A stretch of DNA of 20,000 nucleotides from an uncultured virus (IMG/VR IMGVR_UViG_3300043418_000182) (IMGVR_UViG_3300043418_000182); one strand, 5' to 3'; shown: positions 1 through 6,961, counted from the first letter of the stretch. Notes: generated by a model from the sequence alone, not told the origin. A program made the numbers and translations.

Positions 1-6
1 GACGAG

Positions 7-273
7 ATGAACATCGAGCACAAGCTTGATCTCATCCTTGAAGAAATCAAACACATGCGTGGAGCGTTCCCAAAGGACGAGGAAGGCAATGTGGACTATG
101 ACGGTCACCGCAAGTACCACGAACATTTGATTCGAGCTGCAGAGGCTCAGGAAGCCTTCTGGAATGACCTCAAGAAAGAGATCATCAAGAAGGGCATCTT
201 GGGTGCTGTGGTCATTGCCATTGGTTTGGTGTGGTTAGGTTTTCAAGCAAAGCTAGGTATCGGCCCGCATTGA
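7..273 (+). CDS. Small membrane protein, putative holin or lysis-cassette protein
   Basis: 88 aa with a single C-terminal hydrophobic segment (GILGAVVIAIGLVWLGF); first visible gene of the operon that ends in spanins and endolysin. Confidence 0.6.
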   Translation: MNIEHKLDLILEEIKHMRGAFPKDEEGNVDYDGHRKYHEHLIRAAEAQEAFWNDLKKEIIKKGILGAVVIAIGLVWLGFQAKLGIGPH

Positions 274-274
274 T

Positions 275-1039
275 GTGGATCCCATCAGCCTTCTCATGGC
301 AGCACAAGCAGCAGTGGCTGCTGTGCGCAAAGGCTGTCAGATGCTCTCTGAAGGCAAGGCTGAGATTGGCAAGCTCAAGAAAAACATTGAGCAAGGCATT
401 GGAGACGCTAAAGCAATCTACAAAGAAGTCACTGGCCTGTGGTCGTGGCTTCTTGGTTTATTTGGGGCTGGTCAAGGAAAGCCAAAAGGAACGGTACCAG
501 CGGTTGCACCAACACCAGCAGTGGTTGTTGCACCTAGCCCAGCTAAGAAAGCTAAGCGAGAAGTCGAGCCAGAGTTATCGTATGAGGAGTACCAGACACA
601 AGCAATCCACCAAGTCTGCGAACAGTTAAAGAGCTTCTTCGAAATCCGAAGAAAGCTGAAAGAACACTGTCTTGAATTGGAAGAGGTCAGCAAGACCACT
701 ACAACAATTGAAGACAGCGCTCTTGATAGAGTTGAGATCGAACTGCAGTTAGAAAACATGACAGTTCAGATCCGTGAAGCAATGGTGTATGCACCCGCAG
801 AACTGCGAAACATCTACAGCCGCTTCCTTGAGATGTACAACTTGATCATTGAAGAGCAAGAGTTTGCTCGTCAGGTCAAACGCAAGAAAGACAGGGATGC
901 AAAGTGGCAACGGGAACTCCTCCGAAATCATCGTATAGACCGGGCAACGGTGGGGATAGCCGTGGCGGTAATGGTTCTGTGGATGTGGGCCTTTCTACTG
1001 TCACTCGGATGGCTCGTGAAGACACACACTGGTTCGTAG
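275..1039 (+). CDS. Coiled-coil membrane-anchored hypothetical protein
   Basis: 254 aa with an amphipathic N-terminus, Pro/Ala linker, long helical region and C-terminal TM (ATVGIAVAVMVLWMWAFLLSLGWLV); starts 1 nt after the upstream stop. Confidence 0.75.
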   Translation: MDPISLLMAAQAAVAAVRKGCQMLSEGKAEIGKLKKNIEQGIGDAKAIYKEVTGLWSWLLGLFGAGQGKPKGTVPAVAPTPAVVVAPSPAKKAKREVEPELSYEEYQTQAIHQVCEQLKSFFEIRRKLKEHCLELEEVSKTTTTIEDSALDRVEIELQLENMTVQIREAMVYAPAELRNIYSRFLEMYNLIIEEQEFARQVKRKKDRDAKWQRELLRNHRIDRATVGIAVAVMVLWMWAFLLSLGWLVKTHTGS

Positions 1040-1245
1040 TGGGTGTTGTCATCCTTTCCTTTGTCCTGTTCTTTGTCCTCCCAATTGGTGTGCTCATTGC
1101 CGTCGATAATGAGAAGCGGCTTGGAAGAGCCGAAGATCGTATTGATCGCAAGATCAAAAAATTGGAGAAACTTGAACTACTCTTAAAGGAGAGAGATGAA
1201 AAAGCTATTGTTCCTAAGCCTGCTACTGATGCTGGTGGCCTGTGA
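1009..1245 (+). CDS. Small protein with N-terminal TM and coiled coil (i-spanin-like topology)
   Basis: Start reassigned to ATG 1009 (MAREDTHWFVVGVVILSFVLFFVLPIGVLIAV), followed by a heptad-like charged region RLGRAEDRIDRKIKKLEKLELLLKE. Confidence 0.6.
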   Translation: MAREDTHWFVVGVVILSFVLFFVLPIGVLIAVDNEKRLGRAEDRIDRKIKKLEKLELLLKERDEKAIVPKPATDAGGL

Positions 1246-1414
1246 AGACAGGTACCGGTACTTTTGCCAGGATCCCAAAAACTTTCAGGCCAAGCGATGC
1301 CAAAAGCCAGATTGTCAATTCACTCAGGACTGCCCTGAATATCTTGTAGCCCCAGTATTGGAGAAGAAAATTGAATCCACTCAATCCCCCACGAGCTCTG
1401 TTCCAAACAACTGA
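1196..1414 (+). CDS. Cys-rich lipoprotein
   Basis: Signal peptide MKKLLFLSLLLMLVA-C with lipobox LVAC, four further Cys, and strong SD (AAGGAG) upstream. Confidence 0.8.
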   Translation: MKKLLFLSLLLMLVACEDRYRYFCQDPKNFQAKRCQKPDCQFTQDCPEYLVAPVLEKKIESTQSPTSSVPNN

Positions 1415-1919
1415 AGAGCTGATCGCATTCTGTGAAGTCATGGTGTGGGCCTTCGTGGTCGGCATCGTGATGCTTGTGTTTGGTGGCTTGGTTTTCACCA
1501 TGCTTTATTCCGTGACGTTTGTTCAGCAGCCTCTTAAAACGATGGCTCCGATTGACATGGCCTACACCAAGATGCTCAACGACATCGTTCTGCTGATGAC
1601 GGGTTCTATCACTACCCTCATCGGTATGCGCGTGGCTAGAAAAGCCAGTGAGATGATTGCCAACAAGGTTTCGCCTATGTTGGTTCCCGGGGTAGCAGCT
1701 GCGGCCGCTACGGTACCTGGAGTTGTCTCCCCAAACGTACCGGTAGCTGAGGCACCTAAGCCAAGCGTAATGCCGGATTGGAATTGGATGGGTTGGACGA
1801 ATCCTCAGCTTGATGAAAGCTGGACACCGCCACCACCTCCAACGACGCCTGCGGATCACCGTGAGCCTGAAGAAGACCTCCATGACCTCGCAGTTGCTCG
1901 AGCAGAACAGAAAGGATGA
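1371..1919 (+). CDS. Two-TM membrane protein with Pro-rich tail, holin candidate
   Basis: Hydrophobic segments VMVWAFVVGIVMLVFGGLVFTMLYSV and IVLLMTGSITTLIGM; WTPPPPPTTP tail; ATGA overlap with Rz; exact start uncertain. Confidence 0.65.
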   Translation: MNPLNPPRALFQTTEELIAFCEVMVWAFVVGIVMLVFGGLVFTMLYSVTFVQQPLKTMAPIDMAYTKMLNDIVLLMTGSITTLIGMRVARKASEMIANKVSPMLVPGVAAAAATVPGVVSPNVPVAEAPKPSVMPDWNWMGWTNPQLDESWTPPPPPTTPADHREPEEDLHDLAVARAEQKG

Positions 1920-2392
1920 AGATGCTGATGCTTCTCAGGAACCCCTGGATCATTCTCGGCGCGCTATCTGCCGTCTTAACTGCATACTTCTACGGCCACC
2001 ATGCCGGTTTTGTGCAGAGGGACTTGGAGATGCAAGCCGAGATCTCAACAAAGAACGAGGAGGCTCGTGAGCGCGAAAGCGCGGTACGGGCCGAACTCGA
2101 TCAAACAACCACTCAATTGAAAGACGCTACAGATGCCATCACTCAAAAGCAAACTGCTCTTGATCGCGCTATTAGCTCTGGGCGGGTGCGCCTCCCAGCC
2201 GCAAGTTGCGTACAAGCCAATGCAGGTACCTCCGCTGCCCCCGTCGATCGGGTTGAAGCAAACGCCGAATCTGACCGAGAGACTCTCCGACTTATTGCTG
2301 CCATCGCAGCAGACGGAGACAAAGCCATCGTTCAACTCAACGCCTGCATCGACGCTTACAACCAAGTAAGGAGTCAAGTAAATGGTCAATGA
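1916..2392 (+). CDS. Rz: Rz-like inner-membrane spanin (i-spanin)
   Basis: N-terminal TM, Ala/Gln-rich coiled coil, C-terminal 'AADGDKAIVQLNACIDAY' typical of Rz; contains an embedded lipoprotein ORF. Confidence 0.85.
   Translation: MKMLMLLRNPWIILGALSAVLTAYFYGHHAGFVQRDLEMQAEISTKNEEARERESAVRAELDQTTTQLKDATDAITQKQTALDRAISSGRVRLPAASCVQANAGTSAAPVDRVEANAESDRETLRLIAAIAADGDKAIVQLNACIDAYNQVRSQVNGQ
2133..2369 (+). CDS. Rz1: Rz1-like outer-membrane spanin (o-spanin), embedded in Rz in the +1 frame
   Basis: Signal peptide with lipobox LGGC (Cys19) and Pro-rich mature part (PMQVPPLPPSI); lies entirely inside Rz as in lambda. Confidence 0.8.
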   Translation: MPSLKSKLLLIALLALGGCASQPQVAYKPMQVPPLPPSIGLKQTPNLTERLSDLLLPSQQTETKPSFNSTPASTLTTK

Positions 2393-2996
2393 ATCACAAC
2401 TGCAACGATTGCACATCAACCCAGCGTTGTGTGCAGCACTAAACGAAACGTTTGAAACGTTCCACATCAGCACACCACGTCAGCAAGCAGCCTTCTTGGC
2501 TCAGTGTGGTCACGAAAGTGGCAACTTCACCAAGCTGGAAGAAGACTTGCGCTACAGAGCAGCAACTTTGTTCAAGATGTTCCCAAAGACGCCAAAGCGT
2601 GCATGGGGGTTTGCATCTTTGGAAGAGGCCATGGCTTACCAAGGTCACCCAGAGCGCATTGCTTCACGCATCTACGGCGCTCGAATGGGCAACCGTGATG
2701 AAAAGTCAGGTGATGGCTGGCTGTACCGTGGCTCTGGAAACATGCAGCTCACCGGGGCGGCAAACTTCTTCCATGCCGGCAAAGCCTTGGGTGTCGACTT
2801 TGTCAAGAACCCTGATCTGGTGCGCACACCAGAATGGGCATTGAAGACTGCAGGCTGGTACTGGTCGACCCACAAGTGCAATGAGTTGGCTGAGAAAGCT
2901 GATTGGGTTGGCTTGACCAAAGCAGTCAATGGTGGCTTGATTGGCTATGACGATCGAGTGGCCCACACTGCTTTGGCACTCAATGTGCTGAACTAA
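2382..2996 (+). CDS. Endolysin, glycoside hydrolase family 19 (chitinase-like)
   Basis: Motifs AAFLAQCGHESGNF, GDGWLYRGSGNMQLTG and TKAVNGGLIGYDDR. Confidence 0.92.
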   Translation: MVNESQLQRLHINPALCAALNETFETFHISTPRQQAAFLAQCGHESGNFTKLEEDLRYRAATLFKMFPKTPKRAWGFASLEEAMAYQGHPERIASRIYGARMGNRDEKSGDGWLYRGSGNMQLTGAANFFHAGKALGVDFVKNPDLVRTPEWALKTAGWYWSTHKCNELAEKADWVGLTKAVNGGLIGYDDRVAHTALALNVLN

Positions 2997-3021
2997 AAAA
3001 GGCTCCTTTGGGAGCCTTTTT
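2996..3021. terminator. Bidirectional intrinsic terminator
   Basis: AAAAAGGCTCC-TTTG-GGAGCCTTTTT between the converging endolysin and minus-strand ORFs. Confidence 0.9.
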
Positions 3022-3217
3022 CATTGAGGGGTCTGGCCACCAAAATAAACCATGGGCATAGGGATTAAATCCTTGGCATAGGCTACGAAGATGGAATCTC
3101 GCCATGGCCTGTGAGGGTTGAATGCCAACACCTCAACTCGTTCACCCGTAGACAAGGCTATAACGTCTTGGCCGTTGAACTGGTACCTGTGCCCCTGCCG
3201 AGCAATTTGAGGCTCAT
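3021..3217 (-). CDS. Hypothetical protein, possibly frameshifted near its start
   Basis: Plausible frame IARQGHRYQFNGQDVIALSTG...PMVYFGGQTPQ. The coupled ATG at 3217 is one base out of frame; an alternative in-frame ATG lies at 3275. Confidence 0.5.
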
Positions 3218-3417
3218 GCCATCCACCTTTGCTCGATGGAGCACCAGGCAACGTGCTCAGACTCGGTAATAACATGGCCTGCCATTACTTCATCAACCTG
3301 GCCACCCAGGCGGAAGTACCGGTCATCCCGAAAGCACATGAGCTTGTCACCGGGCTCAAGCACCACGGTGATTTCTTGTTTACCTTGTCGGTTGGTTTTT
3401 TCTTTGATGATTTTCAT
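3214..3417 (-). CDS. Hypothetical protein
   Basis: 67 aa; part of an ATGA-coupled chain. Confidence 0.65.
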   Translation of the reverse strand: MKIIKEKTNRQGKQEITVVLEPGDKLMCFRDDRYFRLGGQVDEVMAGHVITESEHVAWCSIEQRWMA

Positions 3418-3635
3418 TGCAGTGTTCCATTCAAGGCCTCAAAGAGAGGGTCAGGGTAGCCAAGCACATAGTTCAGCATGATTCGATCGGATTGATGCAG
3501 ATGCACACCCATGCTGTACTCACGCACAAATGGGGTGCCATCTTTGTAGACACCGTGCACGCTGAGCTTTTCAACGTAGAGTTGCTCACCGCGTTCAATG
3601 CACTGAGCCTCTTCTGGTGTCAGTGGTGCAGTCAT
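3414..3635 (-). CDS. Hypothetical protein
   Basis: 73 aa; ATGA overlaps at both ends. Confidence 0.65.
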   Translation of the reverse strand: MTAPLTPEEAQCIERGEQLYVEKLSVHGVYKDGTPFVREYSMGVHLHQSDRIMLNYVLGYPDPLFEALNGTLQ

Positions 3636-3820
3636 CGTTGGCCTGGTTTGTTTTCCTGGTAGACACCAGAATGAGAAGTGCGATCTTTCAGAATGCCTAC
3701 GCAGCCATTGCTTGGTGGCTTGTAGGGCACTTCAACACCGTTGACCATGGATGGTTTGGTAAAAGCGTCTTGAGATCCAGGGCGCATGACAGGAGATGGG
3801 TTGAGTTGGAAGGGTTTCAT
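3632..3820 (-). CDS. Hypothetical protein
   Basis: 62 aa; stop overlaps the next start (ATGA). Confidence 0.6.
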   Translation of the reverse strand: MKPFQLNPSPVMRPGSQDAFTKPSMVNGVEVPYKPPSNGCVGILKDRTSHSGVYQENKPGQR

Positions 3821-3837
3821 TTGGTCTTTCAGTTGGT

Positions 3838-3966
3838 TTATTTGTGGCAGCCTTCAACAGTCAGGCCAGCTTGGGCGCGCAGGCAGTCCCAGACATCCGG
3901 CTCACCTTGAAAAAGGAAGAGCAGAGCGAAGACGAAGAGCCAGAATTTGAGGTCGTAGTTGCTCAT
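3838..3966 (-). CDS. Small membrane protein (42 aa, not in ORF track)
   Basis: Manually translated MSNYDLKFWLFVFALLFLFQGEPDVWDCLRAQAGLTVEGCHK*; ATGA-coupled to the upstream stop at 3963. Confidence 0.6.
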   Translation of the reverse strand: MSNYDLKFWLFVFALLFLFQGEPDVWDCLRAQAGLTVEGCHK

Positions 3967-4232
3967 CGCGCACCTCCTTCAAAGGCTTCAATGGCTTCGA
4001 GAACCATGAATGAGTCAACCAGCAAGCCGTGTGGTTTTTTGTCCAGTTCATACCGGATGTACTCAGCAATGTAAGCAGCTAGTTGGGCACGGCTCCCGCC
4101 GGTCAGCTGCTCAGCAAACTTTTGCAGTTGTTCGTAGGTAAACGAAACACCCGTGACGGCACGCATGGGGCCTTGGGTGTAAGGGATCGCACCACAGTTG
4201 TAAGCGGTGGTTCGGAGGTGTTCTTGGATCAT
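3963..4232 (-). CDS. Hypothetical protein
   Basis: 89 aa; first ORF downstream of attP. Confidence 0.65.
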   Translation of the reverse strand: MIQEHLRTTAYNCGAIPYTQGPMRAVTGVSFTYEQLQKFAEQLTGGSRAQLAAYIAEYIRYELDKKPHGLLVDSFMVLEAIEAFEGGAR

Positions 4233-4246
4233 GGTGTGCTTTCTGA

Positions 4247-4274
4247 ATGACGCACTTGATGCTCTATGACGCAG
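4247..4274 (+). repeat. Putative integrase arm-type sites (left arm)
   Basis: ATGACGCA at 4247-4254 and CTATGACGCAG at 4264-4274, with a degenerate TTGATGCT copy between them. Confidence 0.6.
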
Positions 4275-4277
4275 CGC

Positions 4278-4314
4278 AAAGAAAAAGGGCCTGAGTCGTT
4301 AGACCCAAGCCCTT
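4278..4314 (-). terminator. Intrinsic terminator downstream of the tRNA fragment
   Basis: Minus strand AAGGGCTTGGGTC-TAAC-GACTCAGGCCCTT-TTTCTTT, 17 nt after the CCA end. Confidence 0.8.
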
Positions 4315-4331
4315 GAATTTACTGCAAATTT

Positions 4332-4381
4332 TGGTGCGCCCGGAGAGACTCGAACTCCCGGCCCCCTGGTTCGTAGCCAGA
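4332..4381 (-). mobile_element. attP: attP core: 3' half of tRNA-Arg(ACG)
   Basis: Minus strand TCTGG-CTACGAA-CCAGG-GGGCC-GGGAG-TTCGAGT-CTCTC-CGGGCGC-A-CCA gives anticodon arm (ACG), T arm and acceptor 3' strand with CCA. No D arm or 5' acceptor strand upstream; about 540 bp from int. Confidence 0.9.
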
Positions 4382-4408
4382 AGGTAGATGAGCCAGTTTC
4401 CCTTGAAA

Positions 4409-4476
4409 GATCAAGTGCTTAGGTGGTTGGTAAATTGTCATTGTCAGGAAATTTGACAGAGCCTAAGTGTTTGATT
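4409..4476. promoter_or_regulatory. Two inverted IHF-like sites flanking TGTCA repeats (attP accessory sites)
   Basis: GATCAAGTGCTTA (4409-4421, +, 1 mismatch) and AATCAAACACTTA (4464-4476, -, exact match to WATCAANNNNTTR); TTGTCATTGTCA at 4435-4446 and TGACA at 4454-4458. Confidence 0.65.
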
Positions 4477-4496
4477 TTTAAGGAAGTCAAAAATGG

Positions 4497-4507
4497 CTAT
4501 GACGCAG
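4497..4507 (+). repeat. Putative integrase arm-type site (right arm)
   Basis: CTATGACGCAG, identical to 4264-4274 on the other side of the core. Confidence 0.6.
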
Positions 4508-4518
4508 TTTTTTGGGGT

Positions 4519-4764
4519 CTACCGGCGTGCAATCCAGCCAACTGGCTCGGTGTCTTCGCTGGTGATCTTGGCATACTCTGTGTCGGCCAAGGTACGGTCT
4601 TCAAAGCAGAACCGTCTGCCCCATCCGGTAGGGTTCATGTCCATGTAGATGGCGCGCGTGAACATCAGGTCTCCGATGCCCACAATGCTGCCGTCTTCCA
4701 ACAACTTGATGTCTCGGTAGCCTCCTAAGGCGCGGATCTCGTCAAGCAATTCTTCATTGGTCAT
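4519..4764 (-). CDS. Hypothetical protein
   Basis: Start reassigned to ATG 4764 (MTNEELL...), which has a GAGG SD and an ATGA overlap. Confidence 0.65.
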   Translation of the reverse strand: MTNEELLDEIRALGGYRDIKLLEDGSIVGIGDLMFTRAIYMDMNPTGWGRRFCFEDRTLADTEYAKITSEDTEPVGWIARR

Positions 4765-4910
4765 TTCATGGCCCTCAGTTTCAGCAAAAGTCCCTCGGTG
4801 TAGAGGCGAGACCAAACGGCGATCGCTCCCGTCGCGTGAGCGAAAGGGAGCAGAGCCATCAGTTTATCGAGCTCTCTATCGGCTCGTTCAACAAGTTCTT
4901 CCCTGGTCAT
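4761..4910 (-). CDS. Small hypothetical protein (49 aa, not in ORF track)
   Basis: Manually translated MTREELVERADRELDKLMALLPFAHATGAIAVWSRLYTEGLLLKLRAMK*; AGGA SD; fills the gap after int and is ATGA-coupled to the next gene. Confidence 0.55.
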   Translation of the reverse strand: MTREELVERADRELDKLMALLPFAHATGAIAVWSRLYTEGLLLKLRAMK

Positions 4911-4916
4911 GTGTTC

Positions 4917-6008
4917 CTATCTGAGGGGCGTTACCCGCTCTGCTTTTCTTCGGTAGATGCGCTCGGTGGTCTTGGCATCTGCGTGGGCCAGTAGGGCTCT
5001 GGCATGTTCAAGGGTGTCTGCATCACTGCCGACCTTGGCCCGAAGGTCATGCTCGGTGAAGTTTTGCTTGACGGCCGTCTCTTTGAGCACTCGTTCAAAA
5101 AAGCGCTGCCACATCGACTTCCACCCAGATGCTTTGCTTGTGGTTTCGTTGACGTAGCCTTGGCCATACCGGTTGCAGAACAAGAACGGTGAGTTGGGGT
5201 TAGACCGTGAAGTCTTGGCCAGCTCTACTGCCTGACGAAGCTCTGGTGACCACTCGTAAATGGTCCGCTTGCCGGTTTTCTTCTTGGTTTTGTGCCTTTG
5301 GGTATGGATGCCGTCTTCTTTAAGTTGATCCTCCTGCAGCCGCAGCAAGTCACCTTGAGCCAGCCCAGTGAGTAGCTTGAGTCGAATGTAGGCTTGGATC
5401 ATCAAGACACTGCCCTTTTTCCTTTTGGAATCCAATGACAGCGCTTCGATGATCTCCCAGTCTTCAACGTAGCGATCTCGGGGCAGAGCGTTTTGAAAGC
5501 GCATCTGGTAGGCAAATGGATGCCGGTTAATGAAGCCCCATTCCACAGCTTTGGTGTAAGCATGGGACAGCAGCTCCACTTCTCTGAGTGCAGCAATTCG
5601 CCCACCTGTCATTCGGCCAGTCTCAGGATCCTTCTTCTTGACCGATCGCTTGTCCACGTACTGGTAAACCAGTTGAGGCGTAAATGGTTCAAGAGGAAGG
5701 TGCCCAAAGATTTGTCGAATCTTTTTGAGCTGGCCTTTGTTGCTTGTTTGACTGGCGGCTGACTTGGTAGGGATGACCTCGATCACATAACGATCAAGCA
5801 ATTGGCCAATGGTCTTGGCAGTGTCAGCCCGTTCCACTCGATCAGCCCATACCTTGTAGGCTTCATTGAGCTTGTCACCCAGGCGGAATACTTTCTTGCC
5901 ATCCCACAAGTGCTCCAAACCAGGGGGAACCCGGTAGTAGTAGGCACCGTGGTCGACCTTCCACCGAAGTGGTAGGCCTTTGTTTTCTTTGAGTCTGGCC
6001 TTGGCCAT
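4917..6008 (-). CDS. int: Tyrosine recombinase (phage integrase)
   Basis: N-terminal arm-binding-like region (GAYYYRVP), box II HDLR, LLAHAD and catalytic Tyr in TERIY; box I reads LLTGLAQGDLL with the Arg absent; adjacent to xis and attP. Confidence 0.92.
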   Translation of the reverse strand: MAKARLKENKGLPLRWKVDHGAYYYRVPPGLEHLWDGKKVFRLGDKLNEAYKVWADRVERADTAKTIGQLLDRYVIEVIPTKSAASQTSNKGQLKKIRQIFGHLPLEPFTPQLVYQYVDKRSVKKKDPETGRMTGGRIAALREVELLSHAYTKAVEWGFINRHPFAYQMRFQNALPRDRYVEDWEIIEALSLDSKRKKGSVLMIQAYIRLKLLTGLAQGDLLRLQEDQLKEDGIHTQRHKTKKKTGKRTIYEWSPELRQAVELAKTSRSNPNSPFLFCNRYGQGYVNETTSKASGWKSMWQRFFERVLKETAVKQNFTEHDLRAKVGSDADTLEHARALLAHADAKTTERIYRRKAERVTPLR

Positions 6009-6232
6009 TACATTGCATCCCAGTTGGGTACTGCTTGTTTGGTTTTACGGTTGGCTTCAGGATTGCCATCAAACACTTTGGTGATGTGGGCTCTGAGGAT
6101 AGCGACGCTTCCATCAGGCCTCACACGGTGTTCAATTCCCATGGCTCTGAGAACCTTGACCTGCGCAGAGCAAACTTTGCGCTGGGTCAGTTCCTTTACT
6201 TCTTCAAAGTCTAGGAAGGTATCAGTGGCCAT
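6008..6232 (-). CDS. xis: Excisionase-like protein (DUF4224-type)
   Basis: MATDTFLDFEEVKELTQRK...AQVKVLRAMGIEHRVRPDG...PNWDAM pattern; TAATG-coupled to int; SD GGAAAGG before ATG 6232. Confidence 0.8.
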   Translation of the reverse strand: MATDTFLDFEEVKELTQRKVCSAQVKVLRAMGIEHRVRPDGSVAILRAHITKVFDGNPEANRKTKQAVPNWDAM

Positions 6233-6449
6233 GCCTTTCCGCCTGAGCCAGGATGTGTTCATCTTCAGCAGCTTGATAAGCAGCTTTCAGCTCTTCGTAG
6301 TGATTCTGGACATACCGGTAGTCAGCGTAGCCCAAGCCAGAAGCTTGAACAGCCTGAATATCGGCCATGTTGAACAGCCCAGTCAAACGAAGCTCTTCGT
6401 AGTCATGCCATTGTTGTAGGCGTTCTTGATTGAATTGAGGTTTTTGCAT
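6222..6449 (-). CDS. Hypothetical protein upstream of xis
   Basis: MQKPQFNQERLQQWHDYEELRLTGLFNM...; start reassigned to 6449 to avoid overlapping the divergent gene. Confidence 0.6.
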   Translation of the reverse strand: MQKPQFNQERLQQWHDYEELRLTGLFNMADIQAVQASGLGYADYRYVQNHYEELKAAYQAAEDEHILAQAERHGH

Positions 6450-6492
6450 GTAAATTGCTTTAAAATTTGGGAAATTCTTTAAAGGGAAACCT

Positions 6493-6912
6493 ATGGCCGC
6501 CAATGAAATGATCGCTAAGTTGTTCCATGCTCGCACTGCTGCGCACATGGCTCATCTTCAAACTCGCTCTTTTGCAGAGCACAAAGCTCTGAACGAGTTC
6601 TACGATGAGATCGTCGACTTGGCGGACACGTTCGCTGAAACATACCAAGGCTTCTTTGGTTTGATCATGGATTACCCACCCATGGGCCTGCCTACTGGCA
6701 AAGCTTGTGATTGGATTGATGGTCTTCGCATGTACCTTGAGAAGAACCGTGAGTCCAACTGCAAAGGCAAAACCACACTTGAAAACATCAACGATGAGTT
6801 GATGGGTCTGTGTGCACAGACTTGCTACAAACTGCGCTTCTTGGACAATCCAGCAATGGAAGAGTCTGCTGAAGAAGAGCAAGCCGAGTACATGGGAATG
6901 TCCAAGTGGTGA
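6493..6912 (+). CDS. Ferritin-like / Dps-like protein (phage DUF5856-type)
   Basis: AHMAHLQT...HKALNEFYDEIVDLADTFAETYQG matches the Dps-like four-helix bundle and its metal-ligand spacing; has its own SD (AAGGGA) and terminator. Confidence 0.8.
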   Translation: MAANEMIAKLFHARTAAHMAHLQTRSFAEHKALNEFYDEIVDLADTFAETYQGFFGLIMDYPPMGLPTGKACDWIDGLRMYLEKNRESNCKGKTTLENINDELMGLCAQTCYKLRFLDNPAMEESAEEEQAEYMGMSKW

Positions 6913-6926
6913 TAAACCACTGAAAG

Positions 6927-6961
6927 AAAAAAGCCCTCCAAGTGAGGGCTTTTTTTTTTTT
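6927..6961. terminator. Bidirectional intrinsic terminator
   Basis: AAAAAAGCCCTC-CAAGT-GAGGGC followed by a 12-nt T run, between the converging Dps-like gene and the polymerase operon. Confidence 0.9.

Noticed and set aside
904..1008. Gly-rich N-terminal extension of the 904-1245 ORF
   Set aside because: It is the off-frame reading of the upstream gene's TM-coding region; ATG 1009 gives a more plausible protein.
1..4330. Host DNA flanking a prophage boundary (attL/attR)
   Set aside because: This side of the core encodes phage lysis genes and small coupled phage ORFs, not host genes.
4332..4410. Complete tRNA-Arg gene
   Set aside because: No D arm or GCGCCCG 5' acceptor strand upstream of the anticodon arm; only the 3' half is present, so it is called attP.
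4423..4728. 101-aa plus-strand ORF
   Set aside because: Overlaps attP regulatory sites and is antisense to a better-supported coupled gene.
6435..6466. Sigma70 promoter for the Dps-like gene (TAAAAT at 6461)
   Set aside because: Candidate -35 hexamers sit at 11 or 20 bp spacing, so a specific promoter cannot be supported.
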